DNA of 64,000 bases. Source: the human T2T-CHM13v2.0 reference genome, Homo sapiens. Of this stretch, positions 55,355 to 64,000 are shown one piece after another (positions within the stretch are counted from its first letter, which is position 1; each line of letters begins with the position of its first letter). The stretch is from NCBI RefSeq assembly GCF_009914755.1, contig NC_060926.1, one strand, 5' to 3'. The position numbers and the translations under genes were made by a program. A model generated the notes under the pieces. It saw nothing but the letters and a program-made list of their open reading frames with translations. It was not told where the DNA came from and made no database searches.

Positions 55355-55742
55355 GTTTCCTTCTGCCTCGGCCACCTGAAACATCAAGATCAACCCTTTC
55401 TTTTTCTCCTCTTCCTCAGCCTACTCATTGTGAAGATAATGAGGATGAAGACCTTTATGATAATCCACTTCCACTTAGTGAATAATAAATAAATTTTTTC
55501 TACTTTTTTACTTTCTTAATAATATTGTCTTTTCTCTAGGTTCCTTTGTTGTAAGAATAGAGTATGTAATATATATAAGATAGAAAATATATGTTAACTA
55601 CTTTTTATGTCATTGTTAAGGCTTCTGGTCAATAGTAGCCTATCAGTAGTTCAGTTATTGTGAAGTCAAAAGCAATGCTCAGATTTTTGACTACATTGGC
55701 ATGTTGGTGCTCCTAACTCCCACATTATTCAAAGGTCAACTG
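55355..55742 (+). mobile_element. Tigger2-family (Tigger2a/MER8-like) fragment in the old L1 3'UTR
   Basis: cctcagcctactca...gaggatgaagacctttatgataatccacttccactta, ending ...ttcaaaggtcaactg. Confidence 0.8.
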
Positions 55743-56648
55743 TTTTATACATCAAAAAAAAGAATGGGTTTTGGAAACCTAAATGATAGAATTTCAGATG
55801 AATGTTAATTCAAATAGTTAAGTGGGAAATGATAATTAAGATAAAGTTAAATGGGTAATACATTTAAAAATTGAGAAAAAATTAACACACATGGAAACTA
55901 GATATTAGTGGGTAAATATCTCCATGGACAAAAGAAACAGTATATAAAGGCTATTGTGTCATTTTGTCAAAATAGTTCAGACTGATAAAGCAAAATGATA
56001 AATCTTAAAAAATTGAAAATTGGACAAGATTAAGGAATTATTATACTATAATAAAGGTGAAAATGGGGACTCAGAAAAGAGCAATGCATACTGAAGTTAC
56101 AGTTTTTTTTTTTTTGAAGCATCTGGTTATATTGATTTGAAGATTCACAGACCCATGGAACAAGGATAACAGATCTTCAGAAGCCTGAGATATTGTGGAC
56201 TTCTGGGAATTTAGGATAAGTGCCTTTTATCACTCTGGTCAAAATGTGTCATTATCTTTTTAAATTTATATTTTCTATTTTTAATTTTATTACTAAGTTA
56301 TAGTTTTATTTCATTGGTTAGATTATTTATACTTTGGAAATATATTGAATATTTTTGCATGAATAGATAACCTATTTTTTTAAACTGCTTTTCATGAATA
56401 CTCCTTCTTTTTAAAAGGAGGCTTATTCCCTAACATTGGTGTTCAAAGCTGGATACATATCTTTAATATCTACCTTTAAATTACATCTTTTAGGATTCTT
56501 TTGGCTTTTTTTAAAAAAATGAAGTATAATATTTTAAGACCCCCCAACTATAACTCTATCTTCATTGTAAATTTTAGCTTTTAAAATTATAAACTGTACT
56601 TCTTCATCTTGTTTAATAATGTTTTGCTCAAATTCAACCTTACCAGAT

Positions 56649-60703
<4,055 letters not shown>

Positions 60704-62774
60704 AACCTTACCAGATATTATGTTTGACACCTATGTCTTCACTTAGCTTGTGATTACCTGAGATTTATTTGTCACCCTGTAGTTTCAGCCTTTTTGAATG
60801 CTTTTAAGTACATCCTCTATATACAGCAGAGGGATGGGCTTTGCTTTGTGTGCCATCTGAAAATCTTTTTCCTTTAAAAAGCTGAGATAAGATAGAGTTA
60901 CATATTTTCATAAGATAAATTTGTTTGGTGTTTGTTCCATCCAGTTATCTTATTTTTTGTATTATCTTATATTTACTATTTGTCTTTTCCACTATGTTGT
61001 CGGCCTTCTTTATGTTTGAACTTTTTGCTGTTTGTATTTCTTTGGCAACTTGTGAAGTTTTTGTTGTTGTTGCTGTTGTTGTTCTAGGAAGCATAATTAT
61101 GCTAATATCTTTGTATAATTCCCTCAGTTTCAGTCTCTTTTAGTCAGAAGTCTACTACATGATGTGTCCATGTAAAAACGTATTACTTTCATTTCTTACT
61201 TGTATATTAATAACGCAATTCCACTTTTCCTTTCACTTTCTTCTCTCTTCATAACTTTTAAGTTGTTATTTTTACTTTGTCAGAGCATATGACATGTGGA
61301 CATTGTTTCTACACATTTATATCCACCTTTGTTGTACTTTTAGCTGCGCCATTTAATTTATTCAATGCTTTATAGAAGTCAGTTTGTCAACGTTTCCCCC
61401 ATTCGTGTCTTGGGTAAATACATTTTGATGTTAGTAAGATTAGTAAGGTAAAGCTTATTAGTACAAAATTAGTATTAGGTGTATTAGGTGTTTAAAACTT
61501 ATTTTACATAGCCTTCTTTCTTAAAGGAAAGCTCAGTTTGATATAAAAAAATTTGGACAATATTTTCAAGTATGCTTAGATTTGATAATTATACATATTA
61601 TAATTTTATATGTATCCATGAGATAATAAGAATAGGATGTGCCATTAACACACAAATAAAGTTTTAAAAATGAAATGACAAATAATTACTCTAAAATAAT
61701 GCAAAATGATGAATGGAAACAGGAACTGATAAGGGTGGCTATAATACATTATAGGATGAAGTAAAATATTGATAATTTCATCATATGTAAATGTTATAAG
61801 TGATCTGATTGAAAGATGAAGGTTATCAGACTGGATTTTTAAAACCCTACTTAAAAAAATAAATGTATCCAAATTATTCAAAAGTTGATGAAATTATGAT
61901 ATCACATACAACTACCACAAAAAAACATAGTATATCTGCATTAATAATTGCAAAATAGCCTTCTGAATTTACATGTCTCTAGTTATTTGACTTCAATATG
62001 AAAAATAATAATTACTGGAAGAAATATAAAAATTAATCATTACAGTGAAAATTATTAACACACAATTCTCAGTAATTGATGGAGAAGTGAGATAAAAATG
62101 ATCAGGGAGAGAATATTTGAAATAAACTTGCGATTTATATATGATACTACATCTATAAACTTCTGACTATGCATTTTTATTTCACATTCACACAGAAAAT
62201 GTAGAAAGATTAGTCATATACTTCTGGGCCATAAAGTAGTGTTAGTACATTTCAAAAGTTTTAAATTCATACAGAACATTTTCTGACCTCATGGGAATTA
62301 AGTCAGGAAGCACTAAGAACAACAAAAATCAGAAAATCCTCCAATGTTCAAAAATTAACCAAGAGGAGACTTCTAGGAACTAATGTGCCCTGAACACAAT
62401 GTATGATTAACTGAATTCTGTCCAAATGAGAAGGAAAAAGAGAGGGCAAGTAGGGAAACAACAAGGTATACATTTCTCAAAGTGGTTACAACATTGGTGA
62501 GAGATACAATGAAAAATGAAGGATAAATTCTGCTCCCCAAAACTTTTTTTGTATTTCAGATTGTGTGCTTTCTTTGCTTTGCTTTTTTCCCCCTTAACTT
62601 CCATGATTTTAAAAAAAACCGCTTTACTTTGAGTTTTCTATTTTTAAATTTTGTGGGTACATAGTAAGTGTCTGCATAAAGGCAGGATAGCTATGAGAAG
62701 TGTCATCTTACTTGATCGCTACATTTTTCATGTGGCATCAATGCCCACTTATGTGGCAGATACCATATAAGAAC

Positions 62775-63160
62775 TATATTAGGCCATTCTCCCATTGATA
62801 TAAAGAAATATCTAAGACTAAAAAATTTATAAAGAAAAGAGGTTTAATTGGCTCACAGTTCTGCAGGCTGTACAGGAAGCATAGTGGGTTCTGCTTCTGG
62901 GGAGGCCTCAGGAAGCTTCCAATCATGGCAGAAGGCAAAGGGGAAGCAATGTCTTACATTGTGGGAACAGGAGCAAGAGAGGGAGGAGGAGTGCCGCACA
63001 CTTAAAAAACCAGATCTCACTAGAACTCACTAACTACCGTGAGGACAGTACCAAGGACAAAATTTGCCATGATCCACTTACCTCCCGCCAGGCCCCACCT
63101 CCAACATTGGGGATTACAGTTCAACATGAGATTTGGTGGAGACACATCCAAATCATATCA
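62775..63160 (-). mobile_element. MSTA-like solo LTR
   Basis: tatattaggccattc...ctgcttctggggaggcctcaggaagc...aaatcatatca. TSD agaac / aggac. Confidence 0.88.
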
Positions 63161-63743
63161 AGGACTTTTTCCCTCCTTTGATATTTTACCAATGGGGACC
63201 TCAGCCCATAGACTTGATGCCTCCTTTAGGAGACCAATTATGATTTCTCTCAATCCCTAGATCCCCACAGTCTACCATACCTAGACATTCTCTGTTTCCT
63301 CCCATTAAGTGGCCTTTGTGGGTGAACTCTCTCCCAAAATGACTAAAAGTGGTTCCTTAATTGAGAGCCACATCTAGCCCATGGGAGATAGGCCCTGGAC
63401 CTCTCCTGTTAGGGGAAAAAAGCATACTTTCGTAATATCTCTCTAGTCTGCCACCAGCTGCTGCACTAGCCACACCTTTCTCTCATACTTTCACAGGTGA
63501 GATTCAGATATATTCCCAGGATTCCCAAATCCTGGGGACTCTTACACTTTTCAGATTATTCTCTGAAGTCTCTTGATTTGTTGAAGAGGGAGGAAATACC
63601 TCAGCTCTCTGATAACGCTTTTTATGTAATTTCTCCTCTTTCCTGACCCACTTCTATGAATCTAGAATTACCTAAAATGTGATTAGACAAGCTACATGCT
63701 GCAAAACTGCTTTTGGAATTTGTTAACATGCCGTAATAAGATG

Positions 63744-63816
63744 TTAGGTTGGTGCAATAGGAATTGCAGTTTTTGCCATTAAAAGTAATGAACAATTCCT
63801 TTAGCACTAACAATAA
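63744..63816. mobile_element. MADE1 (Hsmar1-derived MITE), degraded right arm
   Basis: ttaggttggtgcaataggaattgcagtttttgccatt-aaaagt-aatg...caattcctttagcactaacaataa: two mariner TIRs with a 6-bp spacer. Confidence 0.85.
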
Positions 63817-64000
63817 TTTAGCACCTAAAAGTCAAGCATTTAGAAGTCTGAAATTCTGAGGCAGCAGAAAATAACAGTTACTTTCCAGGTAATGTGAAAC
63901 ACACACATATGCAAGTATGTTCACAGGCCATACATGCAAATTTTAATGCTATTACATAAACACATAGGTAGGCATATATTTCATATGCTACAACATTTAT

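Noticed and set aside
60720-62400. Probable very old L1M fragments on both strands
   Set aside because: Too diverged to set boundaries or family by eye, so not listed as features.

Overview
Repeat-dense primate (most likely human or great ape) genomic DNA, intergenic or deep intronic. I see no host protein-coding gene, RNA gene or CRISPR array; nearly every predicted ORF is a transposon fragment or an antisense shadow of one. From left to right: (1) a >4.1 kb TA-rich low-complexity array built from 23-26 bp minisatellite blocks with embedded palindromes. (2) It abuts an HERV-H provirus that lacks its 5' LTR and primer-binding site but keeps gag, pro, a deleted pol, an unusually long env remnant and a 3' LTR7. 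(3) Old L1M elements interrupted by Alus and younger L1PA copies. (4) A THE1-in-THE1 nested MaLR. (5) A three-level nest (old L1 > MSTB > full-length L1PA4/5 with an open antisense ORF0). (6) Three L1PA insertions with 5' inversions (twin priming), one with a 3.6 kb inverted arm. (7) Solo MaLR LTRs and small DNA transposons (MER5, MER45-like, Tigger2, MADE1). I found no credible previously undescribed biological system. The best leads are the HERV-H 5' truncation at the TA array, a GG>AG (APOBEC3G-like) pattern in HERV-H env, the open ORF0 and the extreme L1 inversion. Subfamily names come from remembered consensus motifs, not from a database search.
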